Made by a program: the position numbers and the translations under genes. From a virus: DNA of 64,000 nt. Under the pieces are notes generated by a model. It ran no database searches. It was given only the letters and a program-made list of their open reading frames with translations, and had not been told where the DNA came from. The DNA lies in the IMG/VR virus record IMGVR_UViG_3300032087_002755, one strand, 5' to 3'. Shown here one piece after another: positions 8,434 to 19,292 of the stretch. Each line of letters begins with the position of its first letter. Within the stretch, counting starts at the first letter, position 1.

Positions 8434-9873
8434 ATGTCAGCAGGAAATTATAAAGCTGGTGAGTTTAGTATTGAATCACTTGCAATTGTAAACCAAGAAG
8501 ACGAGTCGGTTGATATATCAAGCCTTGCAATAGGGGTCAAGTTATTTGAATCAATTTACAATAAGTTCACTACTGGTCATGTAAATGTTTTAGACGGATT
8601 GAATATACTAGGAAACTATAAATTTACTGGTCAAGAATACATTCGTATTTCAGTTGCACAAAAAGAAGGTGTTGGTCAAGACCCCGAAAAGAAATTTACA
8701 ATCGATAAAACTTTTAGAATCTATAAAGTTGAAAATGTCAAAAGACCAAAAGAGGCCTCTCAAATTTATCAACTTAGATTTTGTGACCCAAGAATGTTTT
8801 ACTGTAGAAAGAAACGTTTGAGTAGAATGTTTAGAGGTTCATACGAAGAAATGTTACAACAAGCATTACTTGAAGAAGCAAATGTTAAACCACAAGAGTT
8901 TGATTGGTTTGAAGAAACAGAACCAAAGAACATGCAATTCATATGTCCTAACTGGACTGTTTCAAGATTTATTGACTATGTAGTCAACGAAGCAAACATT
9001 GGTGAAAATGCAGAATGGAAAAATGGTATGTTCTTCTTTCAAACACTTAATGGTGGATTTAGATTTAGTTCAATTGACACTATGTTGAAACGTGAGTTCC
9101 CAGTTCCGTTTTCATATAGACCAAGAAGTGCAGAAGAAACTTCTGAGTTAGACTTGAATGCAAAGGGTGGTTTAAACTCTATGATAAAATCATTCTACAT
9201 ACCACAACAATTTGATACACTTAGAGGAACAGCCAAAGGTGCATATGCTTCTATGCAAAAAACATACGACCCAATCAGAAAACAAGAAGTTGAGTTTGTG
9301 TATGATTTAGAAAAAACTATGAGTCGTGGAAAACACTTGTCAGGTTTCCCTTTAATAAGAACGGGTGAAATGGAAAGGTCATTAACACTTGAAAATCAAA
9401 TTGACCCTATGATATCACCTGCTGTGACAGAAGTAGATATTGACTTTCCACCAAATGAATCATACGATAGTAATGTCAGTTATGACTTTACAAGTTCACA
9501 CCTATTTGATAATGTCGATACACTAGGTAGTGACGAAGTGTTCCAAGGATATAAGTCAGTCGACAATGCAAGATTAGAAAGAAATGCATTACTAGAAATA
9601 CTACAACAAAATAAAATTGTAGTGACTGTACCTATGAGAACAGATTTAACAGTAGGGAATGTTGTTCAATTAGAAATACCACAACCCGAACCAACAAATA
9701 AAGAAGACAGATTAAATGACGGGAGATATCTGATTACTGATTTATCTATAGTCATGAGTGTTACCTCACAAGAAGGTGAAATGCATTTAGAATGTGTTAA
9801 AGAAAGTTTTGCAGCTAAGATTGCAGACGTAAAACCATTACAAGACGCAGACCCTGCGGAAGAAGTATTATAA
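8434..9873 (+). CDS. Baseplate hub protein (gp27-like)
   Basis: Between gp53 and gp5; FESI, FFFQT..GFRF.SID, G.YLIT. Confidence 0.65.
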   Translation: MSAGNYKAGEFSIESLAIVNQEDESVDISSLAIGVKLFESIYNKFTTGHVNVLDGLNILGNYKFTGQEYIRISVAQKEGVGQDPEKKFTIDKTFRIYKVENVKRPKEASQIYQLRFCDPRMFYCRKKRLSRMFRGSYEEMLQQALLEEANVKPQEFDWFEETEPKNMQFICPNWTVSRFIDYVVNEANIGENAEWKNGMFFFQTLNGGFRFSSIDTMLKREFPVPFSYRPRSAEETSELDLNAKGGLNSMIKSFYIPQQFDTLRGTAKGAYASMQKTYDPIRKQEVEFVYDLEKTMSRGKHLSGFPLIRTGEMERSLTLENQIDPMISPAVTEVDIDFPPNESYDSNVSYDFTSSHLFDNVDTLGSDEVFQGYKSVDNARLERNALLEILQQNKIVVTVPMRTDLTVGNVVQLEIPQPEPTNKEDRLNDGRYLITDLSIVMSVTSQEGEMHLECVKESFAAKIADVKPLQDADPAEEVL

Positions 9874-11123
9874 TGAAACATTTTTTTGGAATCGTAGAAG
9901 ATAGAAACGACCCTCTTAAGATAGGAAGGGTTCGTGTTCGTATACATGGAATTCATACTGATAATAAATTAGAATTATCAACACCCGATTTACCATGGGC
10001 TCAAGTATTACTTCCTACAACTTCTGCTGGACTTTCGGGTATAGGAATGCAACATGGTTTAGTTGAAGGAACAACCGTGTTTGGATATTTTAGGGACACT
10101 GCAATGCAAGACCCAATTGTGTTTGGTGTTGCAACTGGTATACCTCAAACAGGATATAAGGTTGATGCATTCGGAAATGAATTATCAAGAAGTGTGGAAA
10201 AGGGTTTTAATGACCCACGTAGATTAACGGTTGCAGATTATAAAGGAACACCTGATGCACCAAATCCCGAACAAGATTCAAGACGACCACATGGTCTAAC
10301 AAGTGCAATCGATACACAACCTAAGTCACCAAAAAAATTAACAATTAATTATGATGCAACAGGTTCGACTATTACAGAAGGAACAGTCACTAAAGATATG
10401 CTTCCCTACTATCCATTATACACTGGAGAGTCAGATGTGTCAAGTCTTGCACGTGGTGATTCTGTATTAGATAAGAAGATTGAAATAAAAGGACATACAA
10501 TTCCCGATTCAGTTGCACAACCAGTATATCCATATAACAAAGTGTATCAATCAGAGTCGGGTCACGTTATTGAAGTGGACGATACAGTTGGTAAAGAAAG
10601 ACTTTCAACTTATCATAGGTCAGGAACGTTTCAGGAGGTTCACCCTGATGGAAGTGTAGTGCAACGAATCGTAAATGATAATTATCAGATAGTTGCAAAG
10701 GACGATAAGATTTATATAGCTGGTAATGCAGACTTAACAGTAGAGAAAGGAAATGTGACAATCAATGTTAACACTGGTAATGTAGATATGAAAGTGTTAA
10801 AGGGTAATGTCACTTCAGAGATTACAGAAGGAAATCTAAAAGCAGATATCCTCAAAGGAACAACAGACGTATTATCAGAAGGTAAGATTACAATCACTGG
10901 TAATAACAAAACAGAAATTATATCAGACACAACAGTCACGGGAACACTTACAGTATCAGGTGCAACCACTTTACAATCGACATTAGATGTCACTGGTAAA
11001 CAGACAAATTCAAGTAGTATTACTGCAAGTGGAGAAGTCAAAGGTAAGGGTGTCAAACTTTCAACACATACACATACAATTACTTCAGGTTCTTCTGCTG
11101 GTAAGACAAAGAAACCTGATTAG
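9873..11123 (+). CDS. gp5: Baseplate central spike (OB fold + beta-helix, no lysozyme domain)
   Basis: GIVEDRNDPLKIGRVRVRI.G.H, LPWA, YPYN.V.QSESGH..E.DDT...ERL, C-terminal HTH. Confidence 0.92.
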   Translation: MKHFFGIVEDRNDPLKIGRVRVRIHGIHTDNKLELSTPDLPWAQVLLPTTSAGLSGIGMQHGLVEGTTVFGYFRDTAMQDPIVFGVATGIPQTGYKVDAFGNELSRSVEKGFNDPRRLTVADYKGTPDAPNPEQDSRRPHGLTSAIDTQPKSPKKLTINYDATGSTITEGTVTKDMLPYYPLYTGESDVSSLARGDSVLDKKIEIKGHTIPDSVAQPVYPYNKVYQSESGHVIEVDDTVGKERLSTYHRSGTFQEVHPDGSVVQRIVNDNYQIVAKDDKIYIAGNADLTVEKGNVTINVNTGNVDMKVLKGNVTSEITEGNLKADILKGTTDVLSEGKITITGNNKTEIISDTTVTGTLTVSGATTLQSTLDVTGKQTNSSSITASGEVKGKGVKLSTHTHTITSGSSAGKTKKPD

Positions 11124-11127
11124 TTTG

Positions 11128-11135
11128 TATAAATA
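11128..11135 (+). promoter_or_regulatory. T4-type late promoter TATAAATA (gp25)
   Basis: Exact consensus, intergenic. Confidence 0.75.
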
Positions 11136-11140
11136 GATAT

Positions 11141-11557
11141 ATGGTAGACTTAGTAAATAACGGAAAAACGGTTGCAACGAAAGATATCTATTCAGATTTA
11201 GACATCTTTTTTCGTAAACACCCAATCACTGGTGATATAGTCAGAAAGACTGATACAGATGCAATCAAAAGGTCTGTTAGAAATATAGTCATGACCAACA
11301 AGTATGAAAGACCTTTTAAACCCAACTTTGGTGGTTCAGTCAGAAATAAATTATTTGAATTAAATACTGATAGACAACTAAACAGAATGAGAAGGAATCT
11401 TGCAAAAGAAATAGAACAGTTTGAACCTCGTGTAGAGAACGTTGATATTGTATTTGGGGACGAAGATTCAAATGCATTGAATATAATGATATTTTATAAT
11501 ATCAAAAACGGAGCCCCACAACAAGAGGTTGAAATAAACGTTACAAGGACACGATAA
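11141..11557 (+). CDS. gp25: Baseplate wedge / sheath initiator
   Basis: YSDLD..F..HP, AIKRSVRNI, ERPF.P.FG, FEPRV. Confidence 0.93.
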   Translation: MVDLVNNGKTVATKDIYSDLDIFFRKHPITGDIVRKTDTDAIKRSVRNIVMTNKYERPFKPNFGGSVRNKLFELNTDRQLNRMRRNLAKEIEQFEPRVENVDIVFGDEDSNALNIMIFYNIKNGAPQQEVEINVTRTR

Positions 11558-13428
11558 TGGCAGTAAAAAGTTCACAATTAAACATAACCGATTTAGATTT
11601 CGATAACATTGCAGATAACCTTAAGAATTATCTTAAAGGTCAAGAACAATTCAAGGATTATAACTTTGAAGGTTCAAGTATGTCAGTTCTTGTCGACCTT
11701 CTCGCATATGCATCTCACATTGGTGCAGTAAACACAAACATTGCAGCTTCAGAATTATTTTTAGATTCTGCACAAATCAGAAAGAACGTTGTATCACGTG
11801 CAAAGGATTTAGGATTTGTTCCTGCTTCAGAAGTTTCTTCTTCTGCATTCATTGATTTAGAAATGAAGAATGTAAGAAATGCAGACGGAACTCAACCAAC
11901 AACTACAGAAATGCAATTACTTAGAGGAACAAACTTTGTGACTGTATTTGACGGAAGTTCATACAACTTTGTAGTGACTTCCACTAAAAGACCAACTCAA
12001 AATGGAACCTCATACAACTATAATAACGTAGAGGTTGTTCAAGGAACATATGCAAACGACTCATTCATATTTGATAATCAGTTATCAAATCCAAAGTTTG
12101 TATTATCTAATGAAAGAGTAGACAAATCACGAATGATAGTAACCGTAACTTCGAATGGAGTGACAGAAACTTACACACTTTCAACAGGTATATCAAATAT
12201 CACAACAACTTCTAAGGTGTATTATGCACAAGAGAACGAAGAGGGATATGTAGAAATTTACTTTGGTGACGGAACATTAGGTAAGTCATTATTGGACGGA
12301 GACACTATTGACGTAACTTATATAATAGTGGACAAAGTTCATGCAAATGGTGCTACTCAATTTATTTTAAATGGAACAATCAATGGTTTCTCAAATTCAC
12401 AAGTTACTAATGTAACAAAAGCAAGTGGTGGTGCAGAGAAAGAATCAATCGACTCAATCAAGTTTAAAGCCACGAAGTTTTACACTTCCCAAAACAGACT
12501 TGTAACACTTAACGACTATAAAGCAAAAGTACAAGAGTATTATCCGAATGCTGATGCTGTTGCAGTGTGGGGTGGTGAAGACAATGACCCACCCGAATAT
12601 GGTAAAGTGTTCGTTGCACTTAAACCACAAAACTCAGACTATCTATCTGATACAGAAAAAACATTGGTCACAAAGAAGTTAAATGATTTAAACATGTTAA
12701 CTGTTAGACCTAAGATAATTGATGCAGAGATTGTCAAGATTCTAATCACATGCGTATTCAAATACAATGAGAATGCAACAGACTTATCAATAGGTGAGTT
12801 AGAAGCAATCGTAAACACTGCAATTAAAAAGTTTGACACAACTAATCTTAACAATTTTGATGCAATCTTTAGACATTCAAACTTATTAAAAGCAGTTGAC
12901 GATAGTAACACTGCAATACTATCTAACACATGTAATATCAGATTAAAGAAAAGGGGGTCTATCAACATAGGAGAGACTAAAGGTTACTCAGTAACTTTTG
13001 GTAATGCATTATACAATCCACATTCAGGACATAGTTCGGAGAGTGGAGGTATAACAACCTCAACAGGTTTCTATGTTCAAGGTGATTCAGCCAACATACA
13101 ATATTTTGACGATGATGGAAAAGGTAATTTAAGAAGATATTACCTATCAGGGTCAACAAGAATTTATCAGAGTAGTACAGCTGGAACAGTTGCCTACTCT
13201 ACAGGAAAGATTACAATCAATGCCATCAATATAACCTCAACGGTTAATACTGATTCATCGATTGACTTCACGGTTATCCCTTCGGGAAATGATGTCGTTG
13301 CAACTAGAGGTAATCTAGTAGACATTTCTTCTGAAGATATTAAGGTAACTGGTGAAGTAGACACCATTAGTAGTGGTGAAAGCAGTGCTGGTGTAGGGTA
13401 TACTTCTACCTCAACCAGTTCATATTAA
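11557..13428 (+). CDS. gp6: Baseplate wedge subunit
   Basis: LDFD.I..NLK.YL, DY.FEGS, FLDSAQ.R..VVS.AK.LG, FGDG..G, QNRLVT..DY, WGGE. Confidence 0.95.
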   Translation: MAVKSSQLNITDLDFDNIADNLKNYLKGQEQFKDYNFEGSSMSVLVDLLAYASHIGAVNTNIAASELFLDSAQIRKNVVSRAKDLGFVPASEVSSSAFIDLEMKNVRNADGTQPTTTEMQLLRGTNFVTVFDGSSYNFVVTSTKRPTQNGTSYNYNNVEVVQGTYANDSFIFDNQLSNPKFVLSNERVDKSRMIVTVTSNGVTETYTLSTGISNITTTSKVYYAQENEEGYVEIYFGDGTLGKSLLDGDTIDVTYIIVDKVHANGATQFILNGTINGFSNSQVTNVTKASGGAEKESIDSIKFKATKFYTSQNRLVTLNDYKAKVQEYYPNADAVAVWGGEDNDPPEYGKVFVALKPQNSDYLSDTEKTLVTKKLNDLNMLTVRPKIIDAEIVKILITCVFKYNENATDLSIGELEAIVNTAIKKFDTTNLNNFDAIFRHSNLLKAVDDSNTAILSNTCNIRLKKRGSINIGETKGYSVTFGNALYNPHSGHSSESGGITTSTGFYVQGDSANIQYFDDDGKGNLRRYYLSGSTRIYQSSTAGTVAYSTGKITINAINITSTVNTDSSIDFTVIPSGNDVVATRGNLVDISSEDIKVTGEVDTISSGESSAGVGYTSTSTSSY

Positions 13429-13501
13429 TAAACATGAAACAAGTGGTCGGGAGTCCCCCGAGTAGTTTCCCATTTAATTGGATTATAGGAGGAAAATTAA
13501 A

Positions 13502-13966
13502 ATGGCAGATAAGAAGATAAGTGCATTAACACAAGTATCAGATACAGATATAGGTGCTGATGATTTACTACACATAGTAGATAACCCAGGCGGAACACCC
13601 GTCAACAAAAAAATGACCATAGGTCAGTTATTCGAAAATATCCCAACTCATTTAGCAGTTGACGATATAACAGTATTAACTGCAACTGCGTCTAACCTTG
13701 CATCATCTTTTGCAAGTGAAATCACACTGACTGGTTCTACAGCAGTTGAATTCGTGTTAGATGACGGAACAGATACAGGTCAGATTAAAGTAATTTACAA
13801 GACAGATAGTTCAACTGCAAATGCAGAGGTTACTGTTTCATCTTGGGGTTACTCAGCAGATACAACAGACCAAATCATTCTTAGTGGACAAGGTGATGCA
13901 GTTATTTGTATTTGGAATGGTTCAAATTGGTTCCCAATTTCAAACCTAGGTGCTACATTAAGCTAA
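13502..13966 (+). CDS. Virion structural protein (fibre/baseplate-associated)
   Basis: MADKKISAL...DDLLHIVD N-terminus common in phage structural proteins; RBS AGGAGG at ~13487. Confidence 0.6.
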   Translation: MADKKISALTQVSDTDIGADDLLHIVDNPGGTPVNKKMTIGQLFENIPTHLAVDDITVLTATASNLASSFASEITLTGSTAVEFVLDDGTDTGQIKVIYKTDSSTANAEVTVSSWGYSADTTDQIILSGQGDAVICIWNGSNWFPISNLGATLS

Positions 13967-13970
13967 GATT

Positions 13971-16900
13971 ATGTCTAACGATTTTAAGATAGAAAAACTA
14001 TCAGATAGGTTAACCTCATTACTGCCTGAATATATTCAGCACGAGGCACCCGTCTTTGAACTATTTTTAAAATCGTATTTTGAATACTTAGAATCGGAGA
14101 TAGTAACACTAAGTTCCGAAAGTGAGTTAGACGGAATCTTGATGGAAGACAGTTTGGGGTCTATTTTAGTAGAACCTCAGACTGTCAAACCATCTTCTGA
14201 TGCAGAGACATCAAAATTAATATACGAATCAACGGGTGCAAACCCTAATGCAACTGCCGAACCATGGAAAGTGGGTGAGTATGTAGTTGGTTCAGTATCA
14301 AAGTCAGTTGCAAAAGTTAATTCAATAAATGGATTACAAATTTATGTATCTTCCATACACGGAACTGGTTTCTCAGAAGGAGAGACACTTACAGGAAGAG
14401 AGTCAAAACAAACAGGTGTAGTTAGTGGTTACAAAGAAAACACAATAGCTGCAAACAATAAGATACTAGACTATTCAGATATCGATAGGACTTCTGAAGA
14501 TTTTCTACAACATTTCCAAACAGATTTTTTACCTTCGTTAGACCTTAAACAAACACAAAATAAAAGGTTAACGATTAAAGGTATATCAGATTTATACAAA
14601 GAAAAGGGAACTGCAGAATCATTAAAATTCTTAATGAGGATTCTTTATAACGAAGATGCAGAGATTAGATATCCCGACAACGAAACAATTTATGCATCAG
14701 AATCAGATTACTCTCAGAAGAGAAGAGTAAACATTTTGATGTCAGACTTAAGAGTTGCACCAAGTGCTACAGATAAGATAACACAATACACTGCAAGTAA
14801 TCGAATACAAGCAGAGTCAATCATAGAAAATGTATTCCCAATCGATGCAGAAACAGGTGAATACTCACTAGAGATTACAGATAATCATAAAGGTACATTC
14901 TTAAAAGACCAACAGGTCACATTAGTAGATAGAGACGGAGTTACTACCACAACAGGAACATTAAAGGGTATCGTTTCAGATATCACTAATACTTCTTCTT
15001 CAACATACATTCAACATGACGATAACGGAGACATATTATTTGAGTCAGGTCTACCAGCAGTATATGTTGGTACCTATGATGGAACTCAATCAAATACAGA
15101 ATCTAGTCATGGTGGTGGTATATTATTAGAACAATCTAGTGTAGGTTCTATGTATTCACTTAATGATGCAATAGAATTCACAGGTGCAAAATCAAATACT
15201 AATGCAACCATTTCAAAAGCAGTAGTCAATGGTCTATTAGAAGGACAAGTTGATGAAATTTTTATTGAAGACGGTGGAACAGGATATAAAGGGGGAGACC
15301 TTGTAGTATTCGAATCTAGTAATAGAGGAAGTGGTGCAGAAGCTGTACTTGGTTCCGTTGGTGATGAAATCATATTAGAGGGTGCAACTGTTTGGGGTCA
15401 GTATGAAATTACTGCAACTGCTGGACAAGCACTTTTCACTGGTGCAGACAACAATGGTAATCAAATCATTTTCAATGACGAAAGTGTTGAAGTGTATGTA
15501 GACGGAATAGAAAAAATATCCGTTACCGATTATACACATAAAAACGATAGAGTTGTATTTACAACTCCACTAAATGGTGGTGAGTTGGTTGAAATCTATA
15601 CTAAGAAAATGAGATTACTTAGTGAAGACGGTGAACCAGTTCAAATGGAAACTACTAACTCAAATATTAGAAGTGTCTTTATTAAATCGGGTGGTATTGG
15701 TTATACAGAAGTTCCTAAAGTATTCCCAGGCGGTTATCTTTACTTTACAGATACGACAGGATACGTAGAAGGTGAGGTTGTTACTGGAACAAACTCGGGT
15801 GCAACTGGTACAATTCTAAAAAATGATTCAAAAAACAAACGTCTAATCATAAAAAGATTATCCACTGATACAGGTGCATTCGTAACTGGTGAAGAAATCA
15901 CTGGTGGAACTTCTACTACTGTAAAACTAAACACTCAATCAACAGTATCAAGTGGAACAGGTGCAAAACTATATGCATATTCTGATACGATTGGTGGAGT
16001 TGGTTCGATTAACATTCAAGAACAAGGACATGAATTTACAGAAGACTCTGTTCTAAGTGGAACATCACACTTCCCTATGTTAATTACTACACCTAGTGCA
16101 AACTTAACAAAGGATTTAGTAATAACAGGAAGAGTGTCAGGTACTACTGGAAAGGTTGTATCATATGATGCAGATAGACACATATTGACATACACTTCAT
16201 TAGACGGTTTATTCTTATCTAATGAAATGGTAGATTTCAATTCAGTCGACACATTTAAGATTTTAAAATCTAACCCATATCAAGCAAGAGGTTTGGTATC
16301 AGGTGAAGGTGTAATACAAGAACAATTATTAGGTGATAGGTCTACACTTGATGCAAGTGCATCTAATATACAAGACAGTTTATACTACCAAACACATTCA
16401 TATGTTATTAAGGTCGGAGAAAGTATAAACAAATATAGGTCAGTTGTCAAGGATTTATTACACCCAGCTGGACACGTATTCTTTGGTGAGGTTGCAATTA
16501 AACAAACAGTTGACACAACTGTAGAAAAACAAATTAAATTTAGACCTACAATTGTTATAAACGAAGCACCAGTCTTAACTAATCCACAAGCATTTGCAAA
16601 TTCAATGAGACAAATACTTCTTTGGACTACTGATGAAGAAATGAATGAACCATTAGTTGTTCTAAAAGACGCAGGGGTTCCAACAGTTAGTACAGACCCA
16701 AGAACTGGACTTGCAATCACCGAACCATTTACAGAGTATGGTGATTCGTCTCATAGAAACAGACACTTAAATATTTTCAGAATAAAGTCGTTTGTTGCAA
16801 CAAGTTCATATAAAACGAGAAGACAAGAACAAAGAAGTGGTGTAGAAACATTCATAGTAAGTGTTGTTAATAATGGTTCACAAAACGTATACGAAATAAA

Positions 16901-17753
16901 TGGTGAACAAAATGCAACTCTAACTTTAAAAAGAGGACATACTTATCACTTTGTATACCCACAATCACACCCATTTAGATTTTCAACGACTGCAGACGGA
17001 ACACATGGTGGTGGTTCAGAGTACAGACTAGGTGTAAGAGATATTGGTTTGACACTTGAGATAAAAATAGGAGATACACACGAAGATACATTCTATTATT
17101 ATTGTGGAAACCATTCAGGAATGGGTGGAACTGCAAATAAAGACAGTTCAGACACCATGCCGACTGTTATATCAATAGACACTGCAGATAATGGTTACTT
17201 AATAACAAGTAACGAGAGAAGACCTTCCGATAAAGGTAAAGTAGTATCAGTCGGAAGTCAACAAGACGAAGTTTTCTTATTAGAAAACGGAAATAGATTC
17301 TTATATGAAGAAGAAGTTTATCACTTTGGTTTAGAACCAAGTATTGTAGAACAAGCAGCTGGTCAAATTATAGGTGATAAGTTAATCATGGAGAATAATG
17401 ATTTGATTATAATGGAAGATGCAACGTTTGATGATGTACAAGATAACTATATCTCAACGGAAAGGACTTCAATCATAAGTCATGCACCATTAGGTAGCTC
17501 ATTAAGGAGTCTAAATACCATAACAGGACAACAAGTTTATAACATATCGTATTATCTAAAAGACGAAACAGATAATGACGATTTAATTTTAGAAAATGGA
17601 ACAGGTAATATAATGACTGAAGAATCTAAACCCGAAGGTTTACGAATTTCAGACCTTGAAACCTACTTCCCACAACATACAGTTAACTATTATTCAGACG
17701 TTCCTAATTTAAGGTCTAATATTGCATTTAGTTCTTACATTAAGTCTGCATAG
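13971..17753 (+). CDS. gp7: Baseplate wedge initiator (gp7-like, enlarged)
   Basis: LP.YI, FLKSYFEYLE, Y..KGT..S.KFLMRILY, IQDS.YYQ..SYVIK, LLHPAG..FFGE. Confidence 0.8.
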   Translation: MSNDFKIEKLSDRLTSLLPEYIQHEAPVFELFLKSYFEYLESEIVTLSSESELDGILMEDSLGSILVEPQTVKPSSDAETSKLIYESTGANPNATAEPWKVGEYVVGSVSKSVAKVNSINGLQIYVSSIHGTGFSEGETLTGRESKQTGVVSGYKENTIAANNKILDYSDIDRTSEDFLQHFQTDFLPSLDLKQTQNKRLTIKGISDLYKEKGTAESLKFLMRILYNEDAEIRYPDNETIYASESDYSQKRRVNILMSDLRVAPSATDKITQYTASNRIQAESIIENVFPIDAETGEYSLEITDNHKGTFLKDQQVTLVDRDGVTTTTGTLKGIVSDITNTSSSTYIQHDDNGDILFESGLPAVYVGTYDGTQSNTESSHGGGILLEQSSVGSMYSLNDAIEFTGAKSNTNATISKAVVNGLLEGQVDEIFIEDGGTGYKGGDLVVFESSNRGSGAEAVLGSVGDEIILEGATVWGQYEITATAGQALFTGADNNGNQIIFNDESVEVYVDGIEKISVTDYTHKNDRVVFTTPLNGGELVEIYTKKMRLLSEDGEPVQMETTNSNIRSVFIKSGGIGYTEVPKVFPGGYLYFTDTTGYVEGEVVTGTNSGATGTILKNDSKNKRLIIKRLSTDTGAFVTGEEITGGTSTTVKLNTQSTVSSGTGAKLYAYSDTIGGVGSINIQEQGHEFTEDSVLSGTSHFPMLITTPSANLTKDLVITGRVSGTTGKVVSYDADRHILTYTSLDGLFLSNEMVDFNSVDTFKILKSNPYQARGLVSGEGVIQEQLLGDRSTLDASASNIQDSLYYQTHSYVIKVGESINKYRSVVKDLLHPAGHVFFGEVAIKQTVDTTVEKQIKFRPTIVINEAPVLTNPQAFANSMRQILLWTTDEEMNEPLVVLKDAGVPTVSTDPRTGLAITEPFTEYGDSSHRNRHLNIFRIKSFVATSSYKTRRQEQRSGVETFIVSVVNNGSQNVYEINGEQNATLTLKRGHTYHFVYPQSHPFRFSTTADGTHGGGSEYRLGVRDIGLTLEIKIGDTHEDTFYYYCGNHSGMGGTANKDSSDTMPTVISIDTADNGYLITSNERRPSDKGKVVSVGSQQDEVFLLENGNRFLYEEEVYHFGLEPSIVEQAAGQIIGDKLIMENNDLIIMEDATFDDVQDNYISTERTSIISHAPLGSSLRSLNTITGQQVYNISYYLKDETDNDDLILENGTGNIMTEESKPEGLRISDLETYFPQHTVNYYSDVPNLRSNIAFSSYIKSA

Positions 17754-17756
17754 TGT

Positions 17757-17775
17757 TATAAATAGTATATAAATA
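17757..17775 (+). promoter_or_regulatory. Tandem late promoters TATAAATA x2 (gp8)
   Basis: Exact matches at 17757 and 17768. Confidence 0.8.
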
Positions 17776-17794
17776 GTCTGAGGAGATTAAAAAA

Positions 17795-19255
17795 ATGGCA
17801 GCAATAATAACGGAAAAGTTTCGAATCCACAATGCGAAACAATTTAAGGAAGACTTTGGTGAGAGTGCCTCATCGAGTTACATATTCATAGGACGTTCAT
17901 TCGATTGGACTGATGAGAATAACCCGCCTGCACCTGCGAATGCAGTTGGAGAGGAGATAGATTCATATGCAGACATGATTGCAATGAAAAAGGTTTCTAC
18001 ATCAGACGTATCACACGGACTAACAAGACATGATTGGACTTCAGGTACTTCATATGACGAATACTCACATGATTACAGTGCAACTAATTTAAGTCCTGCG
18101 TCAAGTTCAAACAATTTATATGATTCAAGATTCTATGTAATCACTGATGAATACAATGTGTACAAGTGTATCAGAACTGGTAGAAATTCTTCAGGTGCTG
18201 TAGTAGTATCAGACGTAAAACCAACTGGAACAAGTGCAACAACTTTAGTAGAAACTGCTGACTCGACTGCTGCCTCAGGTCGTGGTTATCTATGGAAGTA
18301 CATGTATACTATTTCTGCCTCAGAAACAATTAAGTTTGTCACAAACGATTTCATACCAGTTAAAACAATTGGTGCAATTGCATCAGTAGACGGAACAGGT
18401 TCAGGTGGTGCAATAGGTTCAACTGCAACAGACGATGGTTCTGCTCAGTGGGACGTAGAGAACTCTGCAGTAAACGGAGGAATCAACCATGTATCAGTAA
18501 CAGCTGGTGGTAGTGGTTATACAGACGGAACATACACAAGTGTACCTATCGTTGGAGATGGTTCGGGTGGAGTATGTACTGTTGTAGTATCTTCAGGTGC
18601 AATTACTCATGTTACCGTAACTACAGTCGGGTCAGGATACAAACGTGCTTCTATTAGTGTATCGGGTATCTCAGGTATCGGTGGTGGTTCGGGTGGAACA
18701 TTGAAACCAATCATATCACCTTTATTAGGACACGGTGCAGACCCAGTTCAAGAACTTGGTGGAAACTTTGTTTGTGTTAATGCAAGATTAGAGTTTGCAG
18801 AAGGTTCGGGTGACTTCCCAATCGATAATGATTTCAGAAGAATTGGTTTAATTCAAGACCCATTCAATGTTGGAACAACAACAGTTGCAACCTCAACTTC
18901 ATTAGCTGCATATTCACAAATGACACTTTCAAGTGTTAGTGGTCTTGCAGTAGATAACCTAATACTATCTGCAGCTGCAGACGGAAGTGGAGTTGCAGTA
19001 TCAAGAGTTGTATCAATTAGTGGTTTAGTCGTTTCACATGTCCCAGTTGCAAATAGTGCTGGTGGATATGTAGACTTTGCATCTTCAGATTCAGTTTACG
19101 TAAGTGGTTCTTCCGTAGGAACTGTAAATTCTGTTAACGCTGCATTCCCCGAAGTTGAAAGATATTCAGGTCAAATAATGTATGTTGAAAACAGAGGTGC
19201 AGTAACAAGAGCTGCAGACCAAATCGAAGATATCAAACTGATAATCGAAATGTAA
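17795..19255 (+). CDS. gp8: Baseplate wedge subunit
   Basis: MAAIIT.KFRI.NA, FYV.T.EYNVYKC, GY.WKYMY, GHG.DP..ELG, ENR..V.RA.DQ.EDIKL. Confidence 0.9.
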   Translation: MAAIITEKFRIHNAKQFKEDFGESASSSYIFIGRSFDWTDENNPPAPANAVGEEIDSYADMIAMKKVSTSDVSHGLTRHDWTSGTSYDEYSHDYSATNLSPASSSNNLYDSRFYVITDEYNVYKCIRTGRNSSGAVVVSDVKPTGTSATTLVETADSTAASGRGYLWKYMYTISASETIKFVTNDFIPVKTIGAIASVDGTGSGGAIGSTATDDGSAQWDVENSAVNGGINHVSVTAGGSGYTDGTYTSVPIVGDGSGGVCTVVVSSGAITHVTVTTVGSGYKRASISVSGISGIGGGSGGTLKPIISPLLGHGADPVQELGGNFVCVNARLEFAEGSGDFPIDNDFRRIGLIQDPFNVGTTTVATSTSLAAYSQMTLSSVSGLAVDNLILSAAADGSGVAVSRVVSISGLVVSHVPVANSAGGYVDFASSDSVYVSGSSVGTVNSVNAAFPEVERYSGQIMYVENRGAVTRAADQIEDIKLIIEM

Positions 19256-19292
19256 TTAATGGGGACACAACGTCCCCTACAAGAGAGTTAAA

